Positions 19,008-30,000 of a stretch of DNA of 64,000 nucleotides are shown piece after piece. Within the stretch, counting starts at the first letter, position 1. Each line of letters begins with the position of its first letter. Position numbers and translations under genes: made by a program. The notes under the pieces were generated by a model. It was not told the DNA's origin and did no database searches. It was given only the letters and a program-made list of their open reading frames with translations. This DNA comes from Chitinophagaceae bacterium. Lineage in GTDB: Bacteria; Bacteroidota; Bacteroidia; Chitinophagales; Chitinophagaceae. The stretch lies in NCBI GenBank assembly GCA_031546985.1, contig JAVBJN010000016.1, positions 32,931 through 96,930 of the forward strand, written 5' to 3'.

Positions 19008-19364
19008 TTGATACTGATGGAAAATGCCAACAAAAACATAGATGCTTTTAGTGATGCGGCTTTGTTGGATAAAATAGGCACATTTATCCGTACTATCCGG
19101 TTACAGCAGAATAAAACCCAACAAGATATTGCCGATGCAGCAGGCGTTAACCGCTCTACGCTGGTCAATATTGAGAATGGCGGTGGCGGCACTATGCTCT
19201 CACTGGTACAGGTGCTGCGCGCGCTCAACCAGTTGCATGTGCTGGAGGTGTTTACCAGCACTGCACCAATAAGTCCGCTGGAACTGGCTAAGGCAGCACA
19301 AAAACAAAGACTGCGTGCCCGGGGCAACCGGCCTTCTGATACCCAACCCGAATCTGACTGGTAA
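19008..19364 (+). CDS. hipB: XRE-family HTH antitoxin (HipB-like)
   Basis: TQQDIADAAGVNRSTLVNIENG is an HTH_XRE motif. Stop overlaps the hipA start (TAATGA). Confidence 0.7.
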   Translation: MILMENANKNIDAFSDAALLDKIGTFIRTIRLQQNKTQQDIADAAGVNRSTLVNIENGGGGTMLSLVQVLRALNQLHVLEVFTSTAPISPLELAKAAQKQRLRARGNRPSDTQPESDW

Positions 19365-20659
19365 TGATTACAACCGCATTCATTCACATCTGGAATAAAA
19401 CAGTAGGCGCCATAGCCTGGGACGAAAACACCGGGCTGGGCTCTTTTGAATATGAACCTGCTTTCCTGGAACATAACCTGGACCTGGCGCCGCTCAAAAT
19501 GCCCATCGCCAACGCGCGTGGCAGGGTCTTCTCGTTTCCCGAATTGCGCGATACAGCTACGTTTAAAGGGCTACCTGGGCTGGTGGCCGATGTGCTGCCC
19601 GACCGGTACGGCAATGCGTTGATCAATACCTGGCTGGCCCGCCATGGTCGCGCGCAAAACAGTATGAACCCAGTAGAGATGCTGTGTTTTATAGGCAAAC
19701 GGGGCATGGGCGCGCTGGAGTTTGACCCGGTACAACCCAAGGGCGCCAATACGGCCACACCCATTGAGATCAGCAGCCTGATAGAAGTGGCCGAAAAAAT
19801 ACTGAATGGCCGGGCTGGTTTTGAAACCGACTTGTCTACCAACGAAGAAAAAGCCCTGCTCGATATTCTTAAAATAGGCACCTCTGCCGGAGGGGCAAGG
19901 GCCAAAGCCGTTATTGCCTACAACCCGGCAACCGGAGCGGTAAGAAGCGGACAGGCCGCCGCGCCCGAAGGCTTTAGCCACTGGCTTATTAAGTTTGATG
20001 GCGTAACCGATGCGCAGTTTGGTGCTGCCAGCGGCTACGGAAGGGTAGAAATGGCTTACCACCTGATGGCCCGTGAAGCTGGCATCGATATGATGGAATG
20101 CCGCCTGCTGGAAGAGCATGGCCGGGCACATTTTATGACCCGCCGGTTTGATAGGCCGGGCAATAAAAGCAAGTTGCATGTGCAGAGTTTTTGCGCTATG
20201 CAGCATTACGATTTTGGGCAGGTAACATATTACAGCTACGAGCAGTTGTTCGAAACCATGCGTATGCTGCGGCTGCCTTACCCGCAGGCAGAGCAATTGT
20301 ACCGCAGAATGGTGTTTAATGTGCTGGCCCGCAACTGCGACGACCATACCAAGAACTTCGCCTTTATTATGGATGATGGCGGACAATGGCGCCTGGCTCC
20401 GGCTTTTGATGTGTGCCATGCCTACCGGCCCGATAGTCCGTGGGTAAGCCAGCAATCGTTAAGTGTAAACGGAAAACGAACCGGTATTACCCGCGCCGAT
20501 CTTGAAACAGTAGCGAAGCAAATGAATGTAAAGAAAGCGGGCATCATCATAACCGAGATTAGCGGCATTGTAGCCCGCTGGCCCAAATTTGCAGAGCAAA
20601 CCCATACCGATCCTGCACTGAGAGATGCCATAACGGCAACGCTGCTCAACCTGCCATAG
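19364..20659 (+). CDS. hipA: HipA-family serine/threonine kinase toxin
   Basis: N-terminal HipA_N signature IWNKTVGAIAWDE. GTSAGGARAKA. Catalytic region NCDDHTKNFAF. Confidence 0.85.
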   Translation: MITTAFIHIWNKTVGAIAWDENTGLGSFEYEPAFLEHNLDLAPLKMPIANARGRVFSFPELRDTATFKGLPGLVADVLPDRYGNALINTWLARHGRAQNSMNPVEMLCFIGKRGMGALEFDPVQPKGANTATPIEISSLIEVAEKILNGRAGFETDLSTNEEKALLDILKIGTSAGGARAKAVIAYNPATGAVRSGQAAAPEGFSHWLIKFDGVTDAQFGAASGYGRVEMAYHLMAREAGIDMMECRLLEEHGRAHFMTRRFDRPGNKSKLHVQSFCAMQHYDFGQVTYYSYEQLFETMRMLRLPYPQAEQLYRRMVFNVLARNCDDHTKNFAFIMDDGGQWRLAPAFDVCHAYRPDSPWVSQQSLSVNGKRTGITRADLETVAKQMNVKKAGIIITEISGIVARWPKFAEQTHTDPALRDAITATLLNLP

Positions 20660-20702
20660 CCTGTTCCGCCCATGCGGGGTGCGCAGTTCCTGTCTAGTTA
20701 CA

Positions 20703-20730
20703 ATAAAAAAGCGGCCTACTGGCCGCCTTT
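20703..20730. terminator. bidirectional terminator (hipA / helicase)
   Basis: aaaaaGCGGCCtactGGCCGCcttt. Confidence 0.5.
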
Positions 20731-22020
20731 ATTAGCATTATGATTGGGTTTGGGCCCGTTGTTGTTTCGATTGTTGCCCGATGAGGGTTTGCGGGGACCG
20801 CCTTTGCCCTTAAAATTACGGTTGCCTCCACCTCCGTGGCCACCACCGCTACCCGGTTTGCGCAGGTGTGGTGTGTATTCCGGCACAGGACCAAAAGATT
20901 CCGGCAAAACCACTTTGGTTACCGCATGGCCCAGCAGCTCTTCGATGCGGGCAAATTTATTTTGCTCTTTTTCGCCGATAATGGTCCAGGCTACACCTTC
21001 GCTGGCAGCACGCGCAGTACGGCCAATGCGGTGTACATAGTCTTCGCCATCGCCGGGCACGTCATAGTTTACTACCAGGTCTATATCTTCAATATCAATA
21101 CCACGGCTCAATACGTCGGTGGCTACTAATATTTTCAGTTTCTTGTTGCGGAAGTCGAGCAATACCTGCTCGCGTTGTTGCTGGTCCAGATCGGAGTGAA
21201 TTTCTTCTACCGATAGTTTGGCTCTTTTAAGCTCCTGGGTCAGTCTTTTTACTTCCTGTTTGCGGCTGCAGAAAACAATTACGCTTTGCAGGTTTTTCTG
21301 TTGCAGCAGGTGTTTTACCAGCGGCAGTTTTTGCGCTTCGTGCACCACAAATGCTTCCTGCACAATTTTTTCGGGCGGTTTAGACACCGCAATGTTTACC
21401 TGAACCGGGTTGTGCAGCAGTTTGCGCGCCAGCTCGTTGATGCGTGGCGGGTAAGTAGCCGAAAACAGCAGGTTCTGGCGCTTGGCAGGCAGTTTTTCAA
21501 TGATTTTAAGGATATCGTCCTTAAAGCCCATATCCAGCATACGGTCGGCCTCATCCAGCACCAGGTATTTCAACCCATCCAGTTTTACATACCCCATGTT
21601 GAGGTGTGCAATCATACGGCCGGGTGTACAAATCACCACATCCGCACCCTGGCTCAGCGCTTTCTTTTCGGCGGCAAACAGGCTGCCATCGCCACCACCG
21701 TAAACGGCAATGGAACTGATGGAGGTGAAGTAAGAGATGCCTTCCAGCGTTTGCGCAATCTGCACGGCCAGTTCCCTGGTAGGTACAATAATAAGCGCGT
21801 TAATCTGGTGGTGATCGTGAGGCTCGGTAATCAGTTTGTTCAGCAGTGGCAGCAGGAAAGCGGCCGTTTTGCCCGTACCCGTCTGGGCCGAAGCTATAAT
21901 GTCTCTTCCGTCGAGAATCGAGGGAATAACTTGTTCCTGTATAGGGGTGGCGTTGCGGTAGCCCATGGCATCAATACCATCGAGCAAAGCGTCCTCAAAG
22001 CCAAAATCGTAGAAGTGCAC
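20716..22020 (-). CDS. DEAD-box ATP-dependent RNA helicase with Gly/Arg/Asn-rich C-terminal tail
   Basis: Q motif ATPIQ. Motif I AQTGTGKT. Motif II DEAD. Motif III SAT. Motif VI HRIGRTAR. Confidence 0.9.
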   Translation of the reverse strand: MHFYDFGFEDALLDGIDAMGYRNATPIQEQVIPSILDGRDIIASAQTGTGKTAAFLLPLLNKLITEPHDHHQINALIIVPTRELAVQIAQTLEGISYFTSISSIAVYGGGDGSLFAAEKKALSQGADVVICTPGRMIAHLNMGYVKLDGLKYLVLDEADRMLDMGFKDDILKIIEKLPAKRQNLLFSATYPPRINELARKLLHNPVQVNIAVSKPPEKIVQEAFVVHEAQKLPLVKHLLQQKNLQSVIVFCSRKQEVKRLTQELKRAKLSVEEIHSDLDQQQREQVLLDFRNKKLKILVATDVLSRGIDIEDIDLVVNYDVPGDGEDYVHRIGRTARAASEGVAWTIIGEKEQNKFARIEELLGHAVTKVVLPESFGPVPEYTPHLRKPGSGGGHGGGGNRNFKGKGGPRKPSSGNNRNNNGPKPNHNANKGGQ

Positions 22021-22246
22021 GTGTGTCAGTTTAATAATATATGACCGTATCGGTCGTCATAAAAGTAACGAATTAGGTTTGCATCTATCTTATTTACCTT
22101 GATATATGCCAAAGGGCAGGTGCTTTTGCATACCATTTTGGGGCATTATGGTGTATGTCAATTTATTTTATGCAACAGAATGGGGCTGCATTTATGCTAC
22201 ATTGAATAGCCTGTCTTAATATTGTGTGCACGATGTGGTGTAATGT

Positions 22247-25200
22247 TTGCAGCACATCCGATACAATTATAAATACATGTCGGGCATACCCTATACAGAT
22301 ACCGCCGGCAGGTTGCAGGAAGACCGTAAATTCCTGCTGGAGCTGAGCGGCCTAAACCCATTATTAAACTACCGTACCCCTAAAGCAAAAGGTCTCGAAA
22401 CCGTTTTGCCGGATATTCCAACCTTGCTGCGGCAAATGCTGGAAGGCCAGCCGGTGCGTTTTATTACCAGTGCCGAAGAAAATGCCGCGGCCAAAAACAG
22501 CCGTGTGGTGGTACCGGATACCGATCTGAAACAGTTGAGCCTCCGGTTGCAGAAAACAATGAAAGAGGCCGAGAGTCATATTGAGGAGCAGGGCGTAAAC
22601 GTATTGTTCCTGGCGCTGGGCATGCTGGAATGGAAAGAGCAGGACGCCGCCGAAAAAAACTGGCGCTCGCCGCTGCTGTTGTTGCCGGTAGAGCTAAGCC
22701 GCTCCCGCAAATTCGATGCGGAGGGCAACGAAACATTTGAGCTTTCGTTTAACGAAGAAGATATTGAGCCCAACTATTCGCTCATTGCAGCATTGAAAGA
22801 CCGCTACGGACTGGATTTGCCACCTATGCCCGATTTTGAGGCCAGCGAAACGCTGTTGTCGGTGCAGCAGCAATGGCAGGTTTGGATGAACGAAACAGGC
22901 CTCATGGTGGGCAATCGCCCGGGTTGGAGCGTGCAGCGCAATGTAGTGGCATTGGGTTTCTTTGCGTTTTCCAAATATTGGATGTACCGCGATCTGGCTC
23001 CCGAAAAATGGTTTACCACGCAGCATCCCGAAGGGCCTGCTTTGCTTACGCATATCCTTACCAAAGGTTTTGATGAAGGACCTTCTCCGGTGGCGGGAGA
23101 TTTTCACTTTGATGCGCAAACCGATATGGAGCAGCCCGCCACCATTCTCGATTTGGACAGCAGCCAGGCCCGTGTGGTGCTGGAAGCCCGCTCTGGTCGC
23201 AACCTGGTGGTGCAGGGCCCGCCCGGTACCGGTAAGTCGCAGACGATTGCCAACCTGATAGCCGATGCGGTGTACAATGGCAAGAAAATATTGTTCGTGG
23301 CCGAAAAAATGGCCGCGCTGGAAGTGGTAAAGAACAGGCTCACCGCCGCCGGTTTGGGGCATGTATGCCTGGAGCTGCATGGCGCTAAGGCGAGAAAGAG
23401 CCAGTTTGTGCAGGAGTTGAAACAAACCATGGAGCAGCCGGTACAAGCCCGCTTATCCGAGCCGATGGATCTTGCCCGCCTGCGCGATGCCCGTAGTGTG
23501 CTGCGCAAATGGAGCGATGCCATGCATTTGCCACTGGCCAGCGGATACACGCCTTATGAACTGATGGGTTTGCTGCAATGGGTACAGGAGCGGTTAAACG
23601 GTGTAGCACTGCCCCTGCCAGGCGTTGCAGAGGCAGGGTTGCAACAATCATTTACCAGCTATCTTGGCAACCTTACCAAAACACAGGTAGGCACTCATTT
23701 GCAACCTGGAGAGGAGGCATTGGCCGTTCAGTTGCTGGAACAATTATCTGGCGATGTGGGCCAGCCAGACCAGCACCCGTTGCGTGGTGTAGCGCTGGAG
23801 CAGGCACCCCCGCCATCGCGCATCGATGCTTTGCAAAAAGAACTGGATGCCGTGCTGCAAAAACTATTGGCATTGCAAAAGACCCTGGCAGAACAGGCAT
23901 CGGCTATTGCGCAATGGCCCGTAAATACGATACAGGAAACCGAAAGGTTGCTCGATAAATTATTGCTGGCAGTAGCATTGCCCGACCCCTGGTTTGCTAC
24001 GGCATTAAAAGAAGCGTGGACTGGCCAGGAAGCGGTGCTGAAGCAATGGATACAACAAGGCAAAAACACCGCTTCTGTTAAGGAGGCGGCCTTGCAGCAG
24101 GTGAAAGAACCTGCACTGGATGCAGATCTCGCTACTGTTCGCGAAACATTATATGCCAAGTCCGACAATATCTGGAACTGCTGGTTCAATGGCGCCTACA
24201 AGCAGGCACGCCGTACCATGCAAAGCTGGATGGTCGAAGAGGAGGTAAAAGATATTAACCTGCTGCGGCAGGCTGCCGATGCGGTGCTGGAATACCAGTC
24301 GGCGCTTCACCAATTGGAGAAGGGATGGCCCGTGGTGCAACCTTTCTTTGGTACGTTTGGCCAGTTGGAGCAGAGCAATTTTACGCTGCTGGAGCAAGGG
24401 CTTCAATGGTGTATAACCGTGCAGCAGAAACAACAGCAAGGTTTGCTGCCCATCGATTTTGGGACACAATTGGCCCAGCTGGCTGGCAAAACCCCGCTGC
24501 TTGATACAATAAGGCAGGAGGTGCAGGCCGCTTACGACCAGGCATGGCAAGCCCTGCAAGAAATGCAAACGGCGCTGGCCGTTCAGCAATCGCGGCAGGA
24601 ATCTTTCCGGGTACTTACATTTGACCAATTGCAACAACAACTATTGCAGATCAAAACCAGTTTGCCCGGCATCGCTACCTGGGTGCAGTGGTTCAGGCTA
24701 AGTGAGCAGGCCAGAAAAGCGGGCAAAGATCTGCTGGTACATTATGCTACTACCTGGCCTGCGGCAGGCACACACCTGCTCGATTATTACCGCCTCAAAG
24801 TGTGGGAAACCTTATTGCAGCAAGCCATTTCCGAAAGGCCATTGCTACAGCAGGAGCACGGCAAAAGCCTGGACCAGTGGCGGCAGACCTTTATCCAGCT
24901 CGATCAGCAACTTAAACAACATTACCGGGTAGAGATCATGAACCGCCATGCCGCTTCTACCGCGCAATTGGGTAGCAATGGCCAGGCGGGTTTTCTTCGC
25001 AGCAATGTGCAGAAAAAAAGAAACATTCCCCCCGTACGTACGTTTTTGCAGCAAAGTTTTGAAGCTATCGCATTGCTCAAGCCGGTATTTATGATGAGCC
25101 CCTTATCGGTGGCTGCTTACCTGGAAGACAAACCCGGTATGTTTGACCTGGTTATTTTCGATGAGGCCAGCCAGGTAGAGCCGGTAGATGCGTATGGTTC

Positions 25201-27025
25201 CATCATCAGAGGCAAACAAGTATTGGTAGTGGGCGATACCCGCCAGATGCCACCTACCCATTTCTTTAAAAAGATGCTGGCAGAGGATATGCCGCAGGCA
25301 GAAAGCGCAGGCGATAACCTCTCTGGCAGTGTAGATAGTATTATGGAAGTAATGCTGGGCCGCAATGCGCCTTCCAGAACATTACAATGGCATTACCGCA
25401 GCCAGCACGATTCATTGATCAAAGTATCGAACCAGCATTTTTATGAAGGCCAATTGGTGGTATTCCCCAGCGCCCGCCCGGCGGGACCATTACTGGGCCT
25501 TACGCTGCACCAGCTCGATTACCATACCCATCCTTACGAAGGGCAGGGTGTAAACCGCTCAGAGGCTAAAGTGGTAGCCCTGGAAGTGCTGCGTTTTGCC
25601 AAAGAACATCCCGGTAAAACATTGGGCGTGGTGGCTTTTAACATCCGCCAGCGCGATGCCATAGACCAGGAGCTGACGGTTTTGATGCGTGATAATCCGG
25701 AACTGGCCGCGTTTATGAATAAGACCGGTAAGACAGAACCTTTCTTCGTTAAAAACCTGGAGAACGTGCAGGGCGATGAGCGCGATGTTATTTTCATTTC
25801 TGTAGGATATGGCAAAACAGAACATGGTACGCTGGTGCATAATTTTGGTGCCCTCAACCAGGATGGAGGCGAGCGCCGGTTGAATGTATTAATTACCCGT
25901 GCCCGCCGCGCCAATTATATCTTCAGCAATTTTGGGTTTACAGATCTCGATTTGTCGCGTACCCGTGCCAAAGCCATGATGGTACTGCGCGATTACCTGC
26001 AATATGCCGGTGCAGCCGAAGCAGCAACACCTTTGCAGTCAGATCAAGAAGCAGAAGGCTTGCTGGAAACAGAAGTGGCCAATGCCTTGCGCAGTAAAGG
26101 TTATGAAGTGCTGATCAAAGTGGGTAGCTCAGGCTATAAGCTGGACCTGGCGGTACTGCATCCGCAACAGCCAGGAACCATGGTGCTGGGTATCGAATGC
26201 GATGGCATGGCTTACCATAAATCCCGCAGCTCCAGAGACCGCGACAGGTTACGCCAGGCCGTGCTCGAAGGTTTGGGCTGGAATCTCTACCGTTTATGGA
26301 GCACAGACTGGTTTTACAATAAGGAGCAGGCACTGAACAAGATTGTAGCGACAATAGAATCGATTATAGATAAGTCTGCAAACGAAGTAACATCTGGCAA
26401 AGAGCCAGACGCGCCACAGCCGGTGCTGCCCCAGGCGATTGCCGAACCGCGCATTATTGTAGAAACCGCAAAGAGTGTTACGATAGATGATTTTCCGGCA
26501 TGTAAGATAGCAGATACCAGCAAATGGACGAAGGTGCAGGAGTTTAAACAATTGCCGGATGCGATGCTGGAGCGGTATATGCTACAGATTGTAACGGCAG
26601 AAGCTCCGGTGGCGGTAGAACAGGTATGCAGGAGAATTGCCGATGCCATGAACCTGATTCTGGGTAGCCGGGTACGGTCGCGGATCGAAGATCATGTGCA
26701 GCAGGCGGTTCAGCGAGGACAACTAGCGCAGCAAGATGGTTTCATTATAATAACCGGAAGTGCCGCAACTCCGCCACGTGACTTTAGCGAGCATCCGTAT
26801 AAACACATCGATATGGTAGCGCCGCAGGAGCAGCAGGAAGCTCTGTTGTTGCTGGTAAAAAGCGCTTTGAGCATTACCGCAGCGGAATTGCTTCCGGAGG
26901 CCGCCGCAAGGCTGGGGTTCCGGTATACGGCTCCGGTGCAGCAGGCGTTGGCCAGGGCGCTCGAAAGTTTATTACAATCGCAGCGCATAGCGCAGCAAGG
27001 AATGTATCTTGTGCCAGTAAAATAA
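22247..27025 (+). CDS. giant Upf1/Dna2-family SF1 helicase with DUF4011-like N-terminus, DUF559/Vsr-like PD-(D/E)xK endonuclease domain and DUF3320-like C-terminus (Hhe-like)
   Basis: LLELSGLNPLLNYRTPKA is DUF4011-like. Motif I GPPGTGKSQT. Motif II DLVIFDEASQ. Motif VI-like VLITRARR. IECDGMAYHKS…GWNLYRLWSTDW is DUF559/Vsr-like. Confidence 0.8.
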   Translation: MQHIRYNYKYMSGIPYTDTAGRLQEDRKFLLELSGLNPLLNYRTPKAKGLETVLPDIPTLLRQMLEGQPVRFITSAEENAAAKNSRVVVPDTDLKQLSLRLQKTMKEAESHIEEQGVNVLFLALGMLEWKEQDAAEKNWRSPLLLLPVELSRSRKFDAEGNETFELSFNEEDIEPNYSLIAALKDRYGLDLPPMPDFEASETLLSVQQQWQVWMNETGLMVGNRPGWSVQRNVVALGFFAFSKYWMYRDLAPEKWFTTQHPEGPALLTHILTKGFDEGPSPVAGDFHFDAQTDMEQPATILDLDSSQARVVLEARSGRNLVVQGPPGTGKSQTIANLIADAVYNGKKILFVAEKMAALEVVKNRLTAAGLGHVCLELHGAKARKSQFVQELKQTMEQPVQARLSEPMDLARLRDARSVLRKWSDAMHLPLASGYTPYELMGLLQWVQERLNGVALPLPGVAEAGLQQSFTSYLGNLTKTQVGTHLQPGEEALAVQLLEQLSGDVGQPDQHPLRGVALEQAPPPSRIDALQKELDAVLQKLLALQKTLAEQASAIAQWPVNTIQETERLLDKLLLAVALPDPWFATALKEAWTGQEAVLKQWIQQGKNTASVKEAALQQVKEPALDADLATVRETLYAKSDNIWNCWFNGAYKQARRTMQSWMVEEEVKDINLLRQAADAVLEYQSALHQLEKGWPVVQPFFGTFGQLEQSNFTLLEQGLQWCITVQQKQQQGLLPIDFGTQLAQLAGKTPLLDTIRQEVQAAYDQAWQALQEMQTALAVQQSRQESFRVLTFDQLQQQLLQIKTSLPGIATWVQWFRLSEQARKAGKDLLVHYATTWPAAGTHLLDYYRLKVWETLLQQAISERPLLQQEHGKSLDQWRQTFIQLDQQLKQHYRVEIMNRHAASTAQLGSNGQAGFLRSNVQKKRNIPPVRTFLQQSFEAIALLKPVFMMSPLSVAAYLEDKPGMFDLVIFDEASQVEPVDAYGSIIRGKQVLVVGDTRQMPPTHFFKKMLAEDMPQAESAGDNLSGSVDSIMEVMLGRNAPSRTLQWHYRSQHDSLIKVSNQHFYEGQLVVFPSARPAGPLLGLTLHQLDYHTHPYEGQGVNRSEAKVVALEVLRFAKEHPGKTLGVVAFNIRQRDAIDQELTVLMRDNPELAAFMNKTGKTEPFFVKNLENVQGDERDVIFISVGYGKTEHGTLVHNFGALNQDGGERRLNVLITRARRANYIFSNFGFTDLDLSRTRAKAMMVLRDYLQYAGAAEAATPLQSDQEAEGLLETEVANALRSKGYEVLIKVGSSGYKLDLAVLHPQQPGTMVLGIECDGMAYHKSRSSRDRDRLRQAVLEGLGWNLYRLWSTDWFYNKEQALNKIVATIESIIDKSANEVTSGKEPDAPQPVLPQAIAEPRIIVETAKSVTIDDFPACKIADTSKWTKVQEFKQLPDAMLERYMLQIVTAEAPVAVEQVCRRIADAMNLILGSRVRSRIEDHVQQAVQRGQLAQQDGFIIITGSAATPPRDFSEHPYKHIDMVAPQEQQEALLLLVKSALSITAAELLPEAAARLGFRYTAPVQQALARALESLLQSQRIAQQGMYLVPVK

Positions 27026-27074
27026 TCAGAACGATGCCAGGTTTTCCGGCATCCTTTTTTAATGAACGGTAAGC

Positions 27075-30000
27075 ATGGACCCATTAACCGCATCGTTGTT
27101 GTATAGTGAGATAGAAAATTACCTGGAAGATCCATCCTCCGACGCCAGGCGATTTATAAAAAGGCTGATGGAAAAGTTGTTCCGGCAACTGGTTTCAGAT
27201 TCCGGAAAGAGTTTTACTTCCCTTACCGCCAATATGGCTTTTGTATTGCCCAATACCTTGCTGCAACCCGATTTGCACCATGCATTAATGGCATTGCGCA
27301 AACTGGTGGTGATGCACAAGGGCCGTTCATGGACTGATGGCCGCACCGTTTGGGGCATTAAAGTACTTGCAGAAACTATTGCGGTAACAACCGGAGCGCC
27401 CATGCCGGAAACACTCCTGCTTAAGCTGGATGGTATTGCATTGCAGGTATCTGAAACAGCTGATATTGCTGAAGAACCAAATGTGCTGGCAGAAATGCGT
27501 TGCTGTATACTCGAAAAAGGACCATTGCAACAAAATGCGGAGGCGCATAAGTTTTGTGTGCTCAAAGTAGATACACCAGAGCTGGGCATCGTGTTTATGC
27601 AACTTTGGGAAAACACATCTGGCCACCTGGCTATGCTATACCCATTGCTGGCGCCCTACCAGCATTTGCAGGTATTGCATTGCAGCAAAACGAATGAACC
27701 GCATACCTGGACCACCGTTGCCGATTCTCAGTTGGTGCTGGAACCGGATGTGCTCATGGATATTAGTGATCTGGCAGAATGCTGCCAGTTTAAAGGCGAT
27801 CTGCCGCTGCTGTACCTCGTAAAAAAATTGATGCCACAGCAATACAATGATGCGGCATTAAAGGGAAACCTGGTGAATGCCTTGCTGGATGCGGTACTGC
27901 GGGATGTGGAAACACCATTTAAATCCTGCTTTCGCGAGGTGGTGGCAGACAATGTATTGCAAGCATCGGCCTATGGCAAAGAAAAACTGAACGGCATTTA
28001 CCGCGATATTGCCGCCACACACTGGCCCAATCTGCACCGCGCAGCTTCTTCCTTGCAAAACAAACCGGTTCGTATAGAGCCTACTTTTTTCTCGGCCCGT
28101 TATGGCTTGCAAGGACGTTTGGATGTGCTTACCGAAGATCTGCAAAACCCCGATCATAAAGAAATTCTTGAACTCAAGAGTGGCCGCGCGCCCGATTACC
28201 AAACCTGGCGCAACAATGAAATGCAGGTAGTGGGCTATAACCTGCTGCTTAAATCATCGTTTGGCGAGCAGCGTACCGGCGGTTCTGCTATTTTATATTC
28301 TGCGGCTTCGTATGAGCCAATGCGCACGGTGCGCAACAGTGTAAAGCTGGAAAGTGAATTGCTTTCGGTGCGCAACCAGGTGGTAGGTTACCTGATGCAG
28401 ATTGCTTCGGGCGATTATACCATTTTGGGGCAAATTACGCCCGCTATGGCAGAGGGCCTGCCCGGCTTTTTAAGCACCGGGTTCTCGAAATATGCCGAAG
28501 GCTGGCAACAGGCATCGCCATTAGCCAAAGCGTATTACCAGCAGTTCCTGTCGTTTATTATCAGAGAATGGTTGCAGGCCAAATGCGGCCTGTACTCTGG
28601 TATGGAACGGGAGGAAGATGCAGATGGTTTTGCTGCATTGTGGTTGCAGGAAGAGCAGGATAAACGAGATGCCTTTAGCCTCATTGCCGGTTTGCAATTT
28701 ATGGCACTGAACGAAGAAACCGGTGTACTAACCTTTTCGATCACCGAAAAACAGAGCCATAATTTCCGCAGCGGCGATACGGCTATTTTATATGCCCGCA
28801 GGGATGGTTCGTTAAACCCGTTGCAGCAACAGGTACTCAAAGGGCGTATTGATGTGCTGACGGATAACCGTGTTCTTTTCTCGCTCAATAACCGGCAGTT
28901 GTCGGCGTCTTTTTTCTCGGCAGCGGAAAGCTGGGTGCTGGAGCACGATATGTACGAAAGCAATTACTGGGTATCGGCTTCGGCATTGTGGTATGTGCTG
29001 GACCCTGCTTATGCATCACGCCTGGCTTGTATTTTAGGCCAGCAGGAACCCGCAGTGCAGGAGCTTGAAGTGCAAAAACCAGAAGGCTTTAACGACAATC
29101 AGTACAGCTTATTGCGGTACGCGCTCGAAGCCAAAGATTATTACCTCATACAAGGGCCTCCCGGCACGGGCAAGACCTCTACCGTGCTTACGGCATTGGT
29201 ACGCGAATTGCTGCAACGAAAACAACAGGTGGTGGTGGTAGCATTTACCAACCGTGCGGTTGAAGAGATATGCAGGAAACTGAAAGATACGGGTGTGGAT
29301 TTTTTGCGGTTGGGCAGCAGGCGTTCGGAGTCGGAGCAGCAGCTTCGCAAATACTGTATGGACGGGCAAATTGAGGAAGCCAGAAACTTCATTACAGGTC
29401 AGCAGGTTTTTGTGGCTACAGTAGCTACAATGGCCGCCAGACTCGATTTGCTGGAAATGCTGAAGATTAAACCCGATACACTGATTGTGGATGAGGCATC
29501 ACAATTGACCGAACCGCAATTGCTGGGGCTGTTGATGCATTTTAAAAAATTTGTACTCATTGGCGATCAAAACCAATTACCTCCGGTGGTGGCGCAGCAC
29601 GAACAATACTGTGCGGTTCCCGAAGGCGTATTGACGCAAGCGGGGTTAAGGGATATGCGGGTATCGGTATTTGAACGGTTGATGCAGCAATGCCGTGAAA
29701 AGGGCTGGTACCATGCTTTTGGTATGCTTACTACCCACTTCAGGATGCACGATACCATTGCAGATCTTATTAATCCTTACTATGCCGGGCGGTTGAAATC
29801 GGGCCGGGCGGTGCAGCAGGAATTATTTGCGCCGGAACCTGTTTCTGATAATGTGTGGACAAATATGCTGGCCAGGGGGCGTAAAGTGTTTATGCCTTCT
29901 CCCAAAGAATCGGTTTCCAAGCTTAACAAAGAGGAAGCCCGTAGGGTAGTATCGTTACTGAAACATTTGAAAGATAGTATGGGCGAGCAGTTTAGTCCAG

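Noticed and set aside
19571-20455. 294-aa minus-strand ORF inside hipA, and similar antisense ORFs inside the DEAD-box, helicase-nuclease, flotillin, rtcB, patatin and TcA-like genes (e.g. 21286-22044, 22694-23446, 39179-40300, 41108-41965, 48333-49187, 16475-16978, 31508-32110)
   Set aside because: All lie opposite well-supported genes and have no motifs. They are typical long antisense frames in GC-balanced DNA.
22041-22060. Imperfect palindrome atgaccgtatcggtcgtcat between the DEAD-box helicase and Hhe-like genes as an operator
   Set aside because: Short and imperfect. It overlaps the helicase start codon region. Cannot be distinguished from chance.
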